This document shows positions 38,774 to 48,903 of a stretch of 64,000 nucleotides of DNA, in pieces. Each line of letters starts with the position of its first letter. Position 1 is the first letter of the stretch. Source of the stretch: Candidatus Woesearchaeota archaeon (GTDB taxonomy: Archaea; Nanobdellota; Nanobdellia; Woesearchaeales; GW2011-AR9). The DNA lies in assembly GCA_945861715.1 (NCBI GenBank), contig CAMAVK010000003.1, forward strand, positions 3,344 to 67,343. Direction: 5' to 3'. The notes beneath the pieces were generated by a model that was not told the origin of the DNA, searched no databases, and saw nothing but the letters and a program-made list of their open reading frames with translations. A program made the position numbers and the translations under genes.

Positions 38774-39510
38774 CTACTTTTTTATATTTCGCGGCCTAAT
38801 TATTGCAAGAAATGTTGCCATGTTTTGTTTATTTATCGATATGTGATGCATATCACAACGATTTAATCTCTTTTCAGAGTAGAGATAGTAATGAAAAGGA
38901 ATTCCAATATCTGACAAACAAGAACAGATATCTTCTTTTAATGCAGCCGACACTGTGGCGAACATTATTGTATTTTTTGCTATATGACCATCACTATCAA
39001 GATTACCCCGTAAGAAACCAATAATAAATGCGGTAGACTGCTCTATTTGCGCAGTCTTACAGTGTAGGTTTTACCATCCTTTTGATCCCACTCCAAATAT
39101 TCTCTTACGAATCGATACATCTCCTTCGAGTTATACGAAAGACTTAACCTGTTCTCCTGGTATAACTTAAAGGGTAATTTTGAAAATATCCTTGATAAAA
39201 CATCTCTTTGAAGTAACGCGATGTATTTTTCATCACGAACACAAAAATGAAGTCTAATATTGTATTTGTAATCCTTGCTTTTATAGAATGAGCCATCACC
39301 TGCAAATAGTCCCATGAGTTCACCCACTAACTCTTGATTTGAGTCATCTATCAGCATGGGTTTTAGTGTCATGCCTTTAATTTTTCTGAATTGATAATAT
39401 ACACTGGATTTTGGCTTTTGCAGGATAGCAGTTATTTGATTAAGACTTTGGCCTCGCAGCACTCCGTCGTGAATCTGGGCGATTTGAGCAGCACAAAGAA
39501 ATTGTTTCAT
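38774..39510 (-). pseudogene. HTH + double-LAGLIDADG endonuclease-like gene with a 1-nt frameshift at about 39046
   Basis: HTH SLNQITAILQKPKSSVYYQ; motif 1 ELMGLFAGDGSF; motif 2 FIIGFLRGNLDSDGH in the adjacent frame directly after RLRK*. Confidence 0.8.
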
Positions 39511-39549
39511 ACTGAACAAATAGGGCTGTTATTAAATAGTCTTACGCGT

Positions 39550-39570
39550 ACTTGTCCAGTGGGTAGTGGC
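39550..39570 (-). promoter_or_regulatory. conserved upstream box, copy 4 (LAGLIDADG promoter)
   Basis: plus strand ACTTGTCCAGTGGGTAGTGGC, about 11-13 nt upstream of minus-strand TTTAATAA. Confidence 0.75.
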
Positions 39571-39690
39571 TTTTTCGTTTCTTCCATTCCCATTAATTGT
39601 GGTTATCCTGAAACAAACAAAAATATGAACTTCCTTAAAAGTAGTAATATTTTGTTAAATTTATAAATCACAACCTTTTTCACTTGAATC

Positions 39691-40476
39691 ATGCCAATAA
39701 TCTATTATCTCAATACTCCTGAACCAATTGCTGTTGTTCAACACCTTCAAAGAAAAGGAGGAATTTTCAGTAGTGCGGATTTCCGAGAATTAAATTATCA
39801 ACGCATCGCGCGTCTGAAACTAGGCGAATATGCCGCGGTAATGCACCCGGATCAAGAAAGTATTCCAGATTACTCAGCATTGATTTGGGGCACGGGTTCC
39901 GACCACGATATCTCCTTAATCATGTCTCCTCAGCGGCCATTTTTAAAATCCGTTGATGATGCTCATCTTGATTATGTAGATATGGTCACAACTGCCCTCA
40001 CCGGAGTAAATGAATGTACTCACAATGGAGTTCTTCTTCACTCCTACTGTCACGCTAAAGCAGTTGAGGTTCTCGGAAATAATATGTCCCATGTTGATGT
40101 TCTCCAGTGTGGACCAAACAAAGAACCAAAACTCTTTTGTGCTCATCAAGGACCTAGTTTGTATAAGCCAGAAACAGAGCTTCCAATCCACAAAAGTATA
40201 GACCTTGACGTCCTACTTAATTTTCCTGCACGTCATGATTGGCAAAATAATGCAGGATCTGGCGTATCACTTGAAGCCTTAAGAGCGAACTTAGAAGCTC
40301 TATGTCGAGATACCGACGTAATTCGTTTTGATATCGGTGGTCTACATTTTCCAACAGAACAAGAACGTTCACTCTATCACGGAAAAATAAATCCATTGGA
40401 AAACCGTGAGGTCATGAATCGAGCTTGCGAAACGTATGCTGTTCTCCTTGAGACCTATTTTTCAAATTTGGGTTAA
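39691..40476 (+). CDS. arginase/ureohydrolase family protein
   Basis: GSDH, DDAHLD, SIDLDVL, FDIGG metal-ligand motifs. Confidence 0.7.
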   Translation: MPIIYYLNTPEPIAVVQHLQRKGGIFSSADFRELNYQRIARLKLGEYAAVMHPDQESIPDYSALIWGTGSDHDISLIMSPQRPFLKSVDDAHLDYVDMVTTALTGVNECTHNGVLLHSYCHAKAVEVLGNNMSHVDVLQCGPNKEPKLFCAHQGPSLYKPETELPIHKSIDLDVLLNFPARHDWQNNAGSGVSLEALRANLEALCRDTDVIRFDIGGLHFPTEQERSLYHGKINPLENREVMNRACETYAVLLETYFSNLG

Positions 40477-40697
40477 CTATCCAAACATAGTCCATTCAAC
40501 AAGTTCCAAAAAAGCACGTCATCCATCAACAGTAGCAACAGTACCACAAGTATTATAAACTCCTCTAACATATTACTCAAGTCTTCCAATTCGTAAGGAA
40601 AGGTTTAGCTTAGAAAAGCCAGCTGGTTAGACTTTAGGGTTAGTAAAAACCTGCCTCGAAAGTTTGGAAGACAACAATTATCCCCTGAGGCAAAAAC

Positions 40698-41060
40698 ATC
40701 ACCAAACTCTTATTAGCGATATCATCAACGACACATTGTATCAATTCTCGTATTCACACTGTTAGTACTTTATCTGACATACTTGCTGCACTTAATAGCA
40801 CCGAACAATATCGCGCCCTCATCTTAGATGCAGAAGCTATTCACCTTCCTTATGGTCACCTCGCAGGAGATGTATTAACCAATCCATTATACACTATTTT
40901 CGAGACAGCTCACAGAAAAAATGTACCCGTTCACTATTTTGAACATAGGACAAACGATCAAATTGACTTTGTACCTCATGATGGGGTAACTATTGTTCCT
41001 GAAGACCATCGAAATAGAGTACTTCAAGATTTATTATCAAACCGTAATATACTCAATTAA
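40698..41060 (+). CDS. receiver (REC)-like protein starting at ATC (non-canonical or mutated start)
   Basis: 120-codon open frame missed by the track; GAGG SD 7 nt before ATC; TKLLLAI...YRALILDAE. Confidence 0.5.
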   Translation: MTKLLLAISSTTHCINSRIHTVSTLSDILAALNSTEQYRALILDAEAIHLPYGHLAGDVLTNPLYTIFETAHRKNVPVHYFEHRTNDQIDFVPHDGVTIVPEDHRNRVLQDLLSNRNILN

Positions 41061-41090
41061 ATTCAGTTCTATCACTTATTTATCACACCT

Positions 41091-44000
41091 CTACTCTCCA
41101 ACATACCCATTGAGCACAGTGTTTGTTGTAACATGTTTCTCATGCATAAATGCTCGTAAGTAATCAGGACCACCTGCTTTGGGCCCCGTTCCGCTCATCT
41201 TAAATCCACCAAACGGATGTCGCTCAACAAGCGCTCCGGTACATCCGCGATTAATGTACAAATTACCGGCCTGTACCTCTGAGCTAAACCGCTTGTGATG
41301 CGTTGGAGTGCGTGAATACAATCCCGCTGTGAGTCCAAATGGTGTATCATTCAAAACCTTTATTGCAGAAGAAAAATCATCCGCACTCATCACCGCAAGC
41401 ACCGGTCCAAACAGTTCTCGTCGAGAAATAGGGTTTGCAGAATCAATTCCAATCACGGTAGGTGCTATATAATATCCTGCCTTATCGGTGCATTGACCAG
41501 ATACAATCATCTTTCCACCCGCAGCAACCGCTTCCTTTATCGCAGCTGTGATACCTGCATACGCACCACCATGAATCACAGGACCAACATCAATACCCGG
41601 AATAGTCGCAGCACCAACACGAAGTCCAGCAATATTCTCCTCAAGAAGCGATAAAAACTCCTCTCGAACAGATGAAAGCACAATTACTCGAGATGCAGCC
41701 GAACACTTCTGTCCTGCAAATCCGAATGCACTATACACAATACCTTTCACCGCCGCATCTAAATCGGCTGTGTCATCAACAATAATTGCATTCTTACCTC
41801 CCATTTCACATATCGCTGAACGTAAGTGCCCCTGCCCTGGCCATCGCTTAGCAACTGTTTCATAAATCTGAGTGCCTACTTTCATGGAGCCTGTAAAAAC
41901 AACTTTGTGAATCAAAGGCGAGTCCACAAGGAAGTGAGCATCACTGTCACGACAAACAACATAATTCAAGACACCTTCAGGAACACCCGCCTCATGTGCT
42001 ATCTGCATAAATTCAGACGCAATTAATGGAGTATAAGGTGATGGTTTCATCACCACTGTATTTCCCGTAACGAGTGCAGCAGTCGTCATCCCTGCAAGAA
42101 TTGCAAGAGGAAAATTCCAGGGTGCAATAACACTCATTGGGCCGCGTGCTTCATACGTTGTAATATTTCGTTCACCTGGAACTCTCTGGCTTCGTCTACC
42201 ATCCCCAAGTTCTCGAGCTTCTCGAGCATAATAAGTACAAAAATCAATTGCTTCAGCAACATCAGCATGCGCTTCTCGCCATGGTTTACCCGCTTCAAAA
42301 CACATCAGTGCTGCAAGTTCATATTGTCGAGAGGACATAATTTTCCCCATTTTTTCAACAATAGTAGCTCGATTCTCAACCGAGCGTTTGCTCCAATCAG
42401 GAAACGCTTTAGACGCACTCATCAACGCAGAGTTAATCTCTCGATGGTCACACATACTCACACTTCCTATCGGATTACTGGAATGTTTGGTTCCCACAAC
42501 CGCATCAATTGATGGATTGTATGACATGAGCATATCAGATGATCGAACCTCCTTTACACCCACAACTGATGGTCGGTCCATATACTCACCTTTTCCAATT
42601 CGTTTCTCAACGACACTCAACGCCTTCTCCATTGAACTTCTTGCCTCTGCAGTATGCCAAGGCGCTTGACTATGATTCCATAACGCTGCCGGAATTCCCT
42701 CAACCTTTCTTTCTATAGGTACATCTGGCTTACGTAAATGCAGAAACTCACCTAATTGTACATACCATTTTTTTTGGTTTGCTTGTGCTATCTCTCTCCC
42801 CTGAACTGGACCCGGTGTTCGGAGCAACTCCGCAGGATTTTGATTTGCATCCATCTTTCGAAGAAATGATCCATTGGCCGTATTTTCTAAAATACGTCGA
42901 ACAAAATAACCCATGCCATCAACCAAATTTCCTACCGGTCCATACAATCGTACTTGTACTCCTTCCTTTTCAACCGCTTGTGCAATTGGCCATCCCATGC
43001 CATACAGTAATTGAATTTCAAACTGATCGGCAGCAACATTCAATTCTCGCTGTAACGCTAGACCATGCACTATACTTCGTAAATTATGACTACCTAGTGC
43101 AGTACGGATATGTCCATGATTTTTCATCATCTTTTGGGTCAATTTTTCATACTGCGCGTCCGATTGCCATTTCTCTTCCCACACTGGTATGGGCCATCCT
43201 TGCTGCCGCGCAACAACAACCTCTGAATCCCAATACGCTCCCTTCACAAGTCGCAAAGTAAATGGTACATCACGCTTGCTGGCAACCTTAAGCAGACCAT
43301 CAAGCGTTTTCTCTGAATCTTTCAAATATGCTTGAACGACCGTTCCAAAATGAGGATAATTCTTAAACTCCGGCATTTGAACTAACTCGGAAAAAATATC
43401 CGTAACCAGCGATCGATATTGAAAATGTTCCATATCCACATTGAGAAACGCACCCATGGACATTGCCCTGTGTGCAATCGGAATGAGTGCAGCGAGTACT
43501 TCTTTTTTTGTACCATTATAATCAATCGGATCAAAATGCGCAGACAATGCCGAAACCTTCGTTGACAAATTAATGGATGGTCCACCAAACTTATCCAAAC
43601 TATGATCTCCAAAAGATGTACCAAGTACATCAAGCGCATCTAAGCAAGCACTCTGATAGCGCGCAGCACCAGCTGGACTCGCAGTCAACTCACCTAAAAT
43701 ATCGAGAGTGAAATAAATCCCTTTGTGGTCTTCCACCATTTTTTTAGCAACAGCAGCAGCTCCCACCATATCTTCAGCAACAATAAACGACTTGGCAGTT
43801 TGCTCCACAATTGGTTGTACTGCTTTCATCGCAAGCGCAGGTGCGACTCCTGCAAGCGCAGCGCCTGTGCCTAAAACTATCCCTAAACTCAAATTTCCCA
43901 GATATTCTTCAAGGTGCGATGCAAATAATTCGGGAGTCTTGAGTGCAGGATACAATTCTAAAAAACCAAGAAGACCTGCTTTAAATTTTGGGTCCTCCAT

Positions 44001-44120
44001 GCAGCGCTCAAACAGCTGCCCACGCTGTTTATCAAGCGCGCTTTGATTGAGTGAAAGTTGTTGTACTCTGCGAACGAGCGGAGTTCCAATAGAAAGGATA
44101 GAATCTTCAAGAGTTGCCAT
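41091..44120 (-). CDS. putA: bifunctional proline dehydrogenase / P5C dehydrogenase
   Basis: [39 protein letters not shown] half PWNFP, FTGS, EMGGKN, GQKCSA, ELFGP. Confidence 0.95.
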   Translation of the reverse strand: MATLEDSILSIGTPLVRRVQQLSLNQSALDKQRGQLFERCMEDPKFKAGLLGFLELYPALKTPELFASHLEEYLGNLSLGIVLGTGAALAGVAPALAMKAVQPIVEQTAKSFIVAEDMVGAAAVAKKMVEDHKGIYFTLDILGELTASPAGAARYQSACLDALDVLGTSFGDHSLDKFGGPSINLSTKVSALSAHFDPIDYNGTKKEVLAALIPIAHRAMSMGAFLNVDMEHFQYRSLVTDIFSELVQMPEFKNYPHFGTVVQAYLKDSEKTLDGLLKVASKRDVPFTLRLVKGAYWDSEVVVARQQGWPIPVWEEKWQSDAQYEKLTQKMMKNHGHIRTALGSHNLRSIVHGLALQRELNVAADQFEIQLLYGMGWPIAQAVEKEGVQVRLYGPVGNLVDGMGYFVRRILENTANGSFLRKMDANQNPAELLRTPGPVQGREIAQANQKKWYVQLGEFLHLRKPDVPIERKVEGIPAALWNHSQAPWHTAEARSSMEKALSVVEKRIGKGEYMDRPSVVGVKEVRSSDMLMSYNPSIDAVVGTKHSSNPIGSVSMCDHREINSALMSASKAFPDWSKRSVENRATIVEKMGKIMSSRQYELAALMCFEAGKPWREAHADVAEAIDFCTYYAREARELGDGRRSQRVPGERNITTYEARGPMSVIAPWNFPLAILAGMTTAALVTGNTVVMKPSPYTPLIASEFMQIAHEAGVPEGVLNYVVCRDSDAHFLVDSPLIHKVVFTGSMKVGTQIYETVAKRWPGQGHLRSAICEMGGKNAIIVDDTADLDAAVKGIVYSAFGFAGQKCSAASRVIVLSSVREEFLSLLEENIAGLRVGAATIPGIDVGPVIHGGAYAGITAAIKEAVAAGGKMIVSGQCTDKAGYYIAPTVIGIDSANPISRRELFGPVLAVMSADDFSSAIKVLNDTPFGLTAGLYSRTPTHHKRFSSEVQAGNLYINRGCTGALVERHPFGGFKMSGTGPKAGGPDYLRAFMHEKHVTTNTVLNGYVGE

Positions 44121-44247
44121 ACCCTACCGACCAACCAACCACTTTTAAACATTAATATCCTACAAAAGTAGTTTTGTCCATGAGAAACATTTAAAAAAAT
44201 CCAATAAGAATAACACTGCAAAGAAGAGATGATGTCCGGAGATCATT

Positions 44248-44616
44248 ATGACAAGACGTATACTAGTTGCAGACAACCTTGAATTATTACTTAATGCCAA
44301 ACGAGATTGGGATGTTTTTGGTAAAGGTCGAGTAGATTTTGTTGGAGAGGCCGCAAAATTACGTAATTATTTACCTGGTCTACGTGAAGGTCAATACGGC
44401 TTGGTGATATTTGACCCCGTGACGCTTTTTGAACCCCATGGTGGAATTGATTCCAAACGACCGCTTATCATAAAGTTTCTTACCGAAATTCATTCTTCAA
44501 CGAATATTATCTACACTATAGACATAGGACAAGAGGAAAAAATTGCCGGTTTTCGAGGTAATCAAGGAATTATTATTAAACCCTATACTGTCAAACCAAT
44601 CTTAGATAATTTTTAA
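44248..44616 (+). CDS. standalone response-regulator receiver domain protein
   Basis: RILVAD...GLVIFD...IIKPY pattern; 122 aa. Confidence 0.6.
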   Translation: MTRRILVADNLELLLNAKRDWDVFGKGRVDFVGEAAKLRNYLPGLREGQYGLVIFDPVTLFEPHGGIDSKRPLIIKFLTEIHSSTNIIYTIDIGQEEKIAGFRGNQGIIIKPYTVKPILDNF

Positions 44617-44696
44617 GACCAAAATCGGGATGGATGATCACTCGAAAGTGACAAAATAACAAAAACATTTATAAAAAAGCAACAAAAAGTAGCTTT

Positions 44697-45608
44697 ATGA
44701 AGCATATAAATACCATCTCATATGGAATCCTTGTTGGGGCTGCATGCTCCTCATCTTTCAAGATACTTACACCAGAAAAACCTGAACCCATTCAAACAAC
44801 AAACGGCTCTATTCTTCCAACAGGTATGTACAATCACGGGTTCAGATTAGTCAAATCAAGTTTAGCTGCGCCATGTAAAGACCTTTTATTAACGCCCTCA
44901 TATCCACTCAGCGTCGACGGTGAAGTTATCCCCCTACAATTAGGAGCAGACGTTGAGGAAATCCCTGGTAACGGGTGTTTCTCTTCTTTTATCTATAATC
45001 CAAACACTCAATCGGGAGAGTTTTCATCAACCGAACAAGTATCAGGATCATTTAGTGTGAATGCAGCACGTAAAGAAATTCACATTACGCTTCAAGATAA
45101 CCTAACGACCATCTTAGATCGCAATCAGCCTTATGAACATGATCAAGCCGTACTCAATTTCATCCTCCACGACAATCCTCAAAATCCTTATTCGGGACGA
45201 ATAAAATTCGAAGATGACACCCTCACATATGAAAATCATGGTGTTCAAGGATCTGAGAAAATCACGATCCCATCGAATCTTGAACTAAGAATTATGAGAC
45301 TTAAGAACACAGGAGATTTTTTCACGCTGCGTCGTGTAGATGGAAAACCAATCTACGAAACAGCAGGCACCGTTCAAGTAGGAGATCATGACATCCTAGT
45401 TGAAAGTGGTTACACAGCAGTAATTGACCCCTCGGCTTTATTTGAACCAAAAAAAAATGTTCCCTATTTTACTCTTGGAAACTCATACACCGACAAAGCA
45501 AAAGGACAATATTGGAAATTTCAACAAATCATTGATGACATTCAGAATATTTCGGAAGGAAAGAAACATCCTGACACAATTTCAAAATGTTCGGATTCAT
45601 GTGAATAG
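44697..45608 (+). CDS. hypothetical secreted or lipoprotein
   Basis: N-terminal hydrophobic segment ending GAAC; beta-rich body. Confidence 0.6.
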   Translation: MKHINTISYGILVGAACSSSFKILTPEKPEPIQTTNGSILPTGMYNHGFRLVKSSLAAPCKDLLLTPSYPLSVDGEVIPLQLGADVEEIPGNGCFSSFIYNPNTQSGEFSSTEQVSGSFSVNAARKEIHITLQDNLTTILDRNQPYEHDQAVLNFILHDNPQNPYSGRIKFEDDTLTYENHGVQGSEKITIPSNLELRIMRLKNTGDFFTLRRVDGKPIYETAGTVQVGDHDILVESGYTAVIDPSALFEPKKNVPYFTLGNSYTDKAKGQYWKFQQIIDDIQNISEGKKHPDTISKCSDSCE

Positions 45609-45647
45609 AGGTCCAATCATAGTAAATAAAAACGCATCACAAAAAAA

Positions 45648-46409
45648 TCAAACCTTCATCATCAAACTAGTCTTCGAAACCAATTTCGCAGCAAGAAACG
45701 CATCATTCAAATTGATCACTCCTCGCTCGAACTTTTCTTGATCATCAAACCCAACTCGAGGACACGCCGTATTCACCCATGTTTCAATAAATGGAAAATT
45801 TTCTAATTGCCCAAACGATACATTGTCATCCACAAAGAAATAGAATTTTTTATCCGGAAATTTCTTCTCAATAGTGAGTGCAGCTTTCAAGTGTTCTTGC
45901 CCTGGTTTTACCGTTACAATGACTCCGACGCGAGAACAACTCAAAAACTTCATCAGAGACGCTCGATACTTTCGCAGTATTCCTTTAATCACATCAACGG
46001 ACATAATGCTCATCTGATTTGTCATCGGATCCGCACATACAACTTCCTTAACTTGAGTTGTTTCCAAATCCTTTTGCGCATACACCAAAGCAAGCGGATG
46101 AAACTTTCCATCTCCTACATACACATACGCTTCAATAGACTCATGCTGCGCAGCCGTTAAATTAAGAGATGCCAAATCACTATCGCATCCAAGTAGTTGA
46201 CCAACAACGTGCGTACGATCCGCTTTCGATGTCACAACTTCAACCCCAGCCGAAGCAAGTTGTGCATACACTTTTTCAAGTTGAGAACAAAATTGAACGG
46301 ATGCATACAATCCAACCCGTGTAACCTTCTTCGATTGCAAATAATCAAGCACAGACGAAGACAAAGAAACATCTCCAGTAAACGGAGCATCAAGGAAAAG
46401 AGTATGCAT
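45648..46409 (-). CDS. dph2: diphthamide biosynthesis protein Dph2, C-terminal part
   Basis: GQLLGCD, GDGKFH, KPGQ, NTACPR (two of the three Fe-S Cys). Confidence 0.85.
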   Translation of the reverse strand: MHTLFLDAPFTGDVSLSSSVLDYLQSKKVTRVGLYASVQFCSQLEKVYAQLASAGVEVVTSKADRTHVVGQLLGCDSDLASLNLTAAQHESIEAYVYVGDGKFHPLALVYAQKDLETTQVKEVVCADPMTNQMSIMSVDVIKGILRKYRASLMKFLSCSRVGVIVTVKPGQEHLKAALTIEKKFPDKKFYFFVDDNVSFGQLENFPFIETWVNTACPRVGFDDQEKFERGVINLNDAFLAAKLVSKTSLMMKV

Positions 46410-46410
46410 C

Positions 46411-46683
46411 TTACCATCCCTCCGCTTTCTTATGAAATTGATTATGACCCCATGAAATCAAAAGATCGCAACCCATCTTCGGAAGACCTAATGGAACATC
46501 GCACGCACCAAAGTTCGATCCAAGCCAAATCAACACACGAGCTGACGTTGCCTCGGTTATAGCGCGCTCAATATCTTGTGCCATCGGTTTCATGCCATCA
46601 GGCAATTGAATACACACAACCTTCGCATCAACTTCCTTAATTCGCAAAATCGCAGAGTTCAACTCAGCATCATAAAGTGTCAT
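46411..46683 (-). CDS. dph2: diphthamide biosynthesis protein Dph2, N-terminal part
   Basis: IQLPDGMK, FGACD (first Fe-S Cys), WGH. Confidence 0.85.
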   Translation of the reverse strand: MTLYDAELNSAILRIKEVDAKVVCIQLPDGMKPMAQDIERAITEATSARVLIWLGSNFGACDVPLGLPKMGCDLLISWGHNQFHKKAEGW

Positions 46684-46782
46684 ACTCTTCTAAATCCGGG
46701 CCTTTTTTAAATAGTTTCTCTACCGAAATTAGAATCACTAATTAGGAGCAACATTTTTAAATAACCTTCAATCTAACCCAAT

Positions 46783-47751
46783 ATGACGATTTTCCCACCA
46801 TCAGGAGAAAATAGAGACTACACCAGACTGCCTGAAGAACATTTGGATCAGTACATATCACGAGTATTTAAAACTCAAACTAATTTTGCTAAGGCAATTG
46901 GAAGATCCGCATCCGAGGTAAACAGATTTTTAAAGCGTATTGACTCCTTTGGTGAGGCACGACGAACCGGTATTTATAATCAGATTCAAGCCACACTCGG
47001 TGTTGATTTCAGACCTTCGACTAGCATCTCGGAACAGAGTCAAGCATTATATCATATAACTCACTCGAACGCATTTGAGCTTAAACGAACATCCTCGTAT
47101 AGGGGAACGAATGCAATGTATGAACCGTTCTTTTTTCAAGGGAGACAAACAGTAGCCCCTATCTACACCATCTGGCATAAATTGTTCAATGAAATGCGAG
47201 GAATATGTTCTATCGAAGCCTTTACGTTAACTCCCTATTTTGGTGATGCTGACTCCGATTTTGTAATCCCTCACACAGCGGATTATTTTCTACAAAGGTT
47301 AAACCAACAACCTTTCACCGTATTATCTCCTGCGGGCAGTGTAGGCTGTGGTGAAAGTAGATATGGCCGTGAAGTGAAACATCATAATGGTGAACTCGCA
47401 GCAATTATTGTAAGAGCAAGCGAACTAACAAATAATCCCTATGATAATATGCGGTATCTTGCTTTAACCATTACTCCTTCCAGCACCTATCCAATGCGAG
47501 ATCTTGCCACAACTGCCTCTACGCATTTTCTCGAACATCTAAGCAAACATAATTATCTCAAAACCCCCCTCAGTAAAGATGGTGAAAGCACTAATATTGG
47601 TTTTTTACACGAATGGGATTCATTTGCAAGTGATCAGTTTGGGTATTATAGCAAGATGGTTGGTGAACATATGATTAATCTTAACAAAAATTGGGAATGG
47701 ATTGAAAGGGAGAAACGTAGAACAAGAGTCGAATATAAACAAAGAAAGTGA
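46783..47751 (+). CDS. XRE-type HTH domain protein with unknown C-terminal domain
   Basis: TQTNFAKAIGRSASEVNRFL helix-turn-helix. Confidence 0.65.
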   Translation: MTIFPPSGENRDYTRLPEEHLDQYISRVFKTQTNFAKAIGRSASEVNRFLKRIDSFGEARRTGIYNQIQATLGVDFRPSTSISEQSQALYHITHSNAFELKRTSSYRGTNAMYEPFFFQGRQTVAPIYTIWHKLFNEMRGICSIEAFTLTPYFGDADSDFVIPHTADYFLQRLNQQPFTVLSPAGSVGCGESRYGREVKHHNGELAAIIVRASELTNNPYDNMRYLALTITPSSTYPMRDLATTASTHFLEHLSKHNYLKTPLSKDGESTNIGFLHEWDSFASDQFGYYSKMVGEHMINLNKNWEWIEREKRRTRVEYKQRK

Positions 47752-47805
47752 AACTCAAGATAACGAACCAAGTATATATCATTTTAAAACGAAGTCAATA
47801 TCCAC

Positions 47806-48123
47806 TTATTTTTTTTGAAGCAAACGAGAATAAATCAATTTCGCAATCTTCTCCATTGTATCCATATCATCACTTTGTTTGAAAATCAATTCTCCAAATC
47901 CATGCACAATCGTCTCAATTCCAAATAGTTTAATCACAAGAAGAATTGGGGTATCAATGATAATTTCTCCCTTTTCAACCAATACCAGCTTTCGAATCGC
48001 AGCTAAATCAATCTTCACCGCCCGCGCAGGCTTCGCACTATAAGCTACACGAGTCTTACATTTTCCAAGAGAAAAAGGAATAGGTGTACAATTGGTTTCA
48101 GAATTCGTAACCATAGCAACCAT
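47806..48123 (-). CDS. hypothetical protein
   Basis: ATG ORF with TTTAAA box upstream. Confidence 0.6.
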   Translation of the reverse strand: MVAMVTNSETNCTPIPFSLGKCKTRVAYSAKPARAVKIDLAAIRKLVLVEKGEIIIDTPILLVIKLFGIETIVHGFGELIFKQSDDMDTMEKIAKLIYSRLLQKK

Positions 48124-48203
48124 CCACTATCCACCATACTGAATGTTTAAATACTTTTGCCATCATCCATCAAAAAAATAAATAGTAAATTACAGGTGAA
48201 ACG

Positions 48204-48812
48204 ATGAAAAAATATGTTCTTGTCATGCTAACCGTTGCCATACTCGCACTCCTTCTGTTGGCCGGTTGCAAGAAAAAAATTGAAGCTATGGAAAAAGTTG
48301 ATCTCAATGCACCAACTCTCCCCACTGAACCTGAACAACCACTAGTGGTTAATGTAGAAGCTGATGTAACTACCATTGAAGAAAAGACAACAGATGCCAT
48401 AAATGCACAAATTGACTGTACGCTAAACTCGGAGTGTGCCGCGGGATCTTTCTGCATCCAAAAAACATGCACTAATCCTAAAGACCTCATCAATACCAAC
48501 TGTGATAAACTCTGCACCGTAAAAGAAGTAGTGATAGAAACTAGTGATGGTAATTCCTACACTCTTCCTCCTGGAAAAGGCGACTACACTGCAGCAGGTG
48601 CCATTGATTGGACTATTCAACGTTTACCTGCACATTGCAAATCAACAAGTCTAAAAATTCCTATAACCGTCTTCAAGCGAAACTATCAAACAGTGTTAGG
48701 TGACGAAGCAATCTTACTAGGCATTGGAGAAACAAGCGCGGTCATAACGCATCCAATCAATAAGAGAGTAGCCTTCAGCATGACGGTAAAGGACATCATT
48801 GAGACGTGTTAA
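48204..48812 (+). CDS. Cys-rich lipoprotein
   Basis: AGGTGA SD; signal with LAGC lipobox; C.....C.....C....C module. Confidence 0.75.
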   Translation: MKKYVLVMLTVAILALLLLAGCKKKIEAMEKVDLNAPTLPTEPEQPLVVNVEADVTTIEEKTTDAINAQIDCTLNSECAAGSFCIQKTCTNPKDLINTNCDKLCTVKEVVIETSDGNSYTLPPGKGDYTAAGAIDWTIQRLPAHCKSTSLKIPITVFKRNYQTVLGDEAILLGIGETSAVITHPINKRVAFSMTVKDIIETC

Positions 48813-48903
48813 TACAGTCTACTTTTCTTTTTATTTTTATATTACTTTATCATATCCAACAAAACACCTTCTATATGAGAAATTCTCTCTCTCTATCTCC
48901 ACG

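Noticed and set aside
38774..39510. LAGLIDADG gene as part of an intein or group I/archaeal intron
   Set aside because: No host gene or splice motifs around it; it has its own TATA promoter and lies outside the tRNA.
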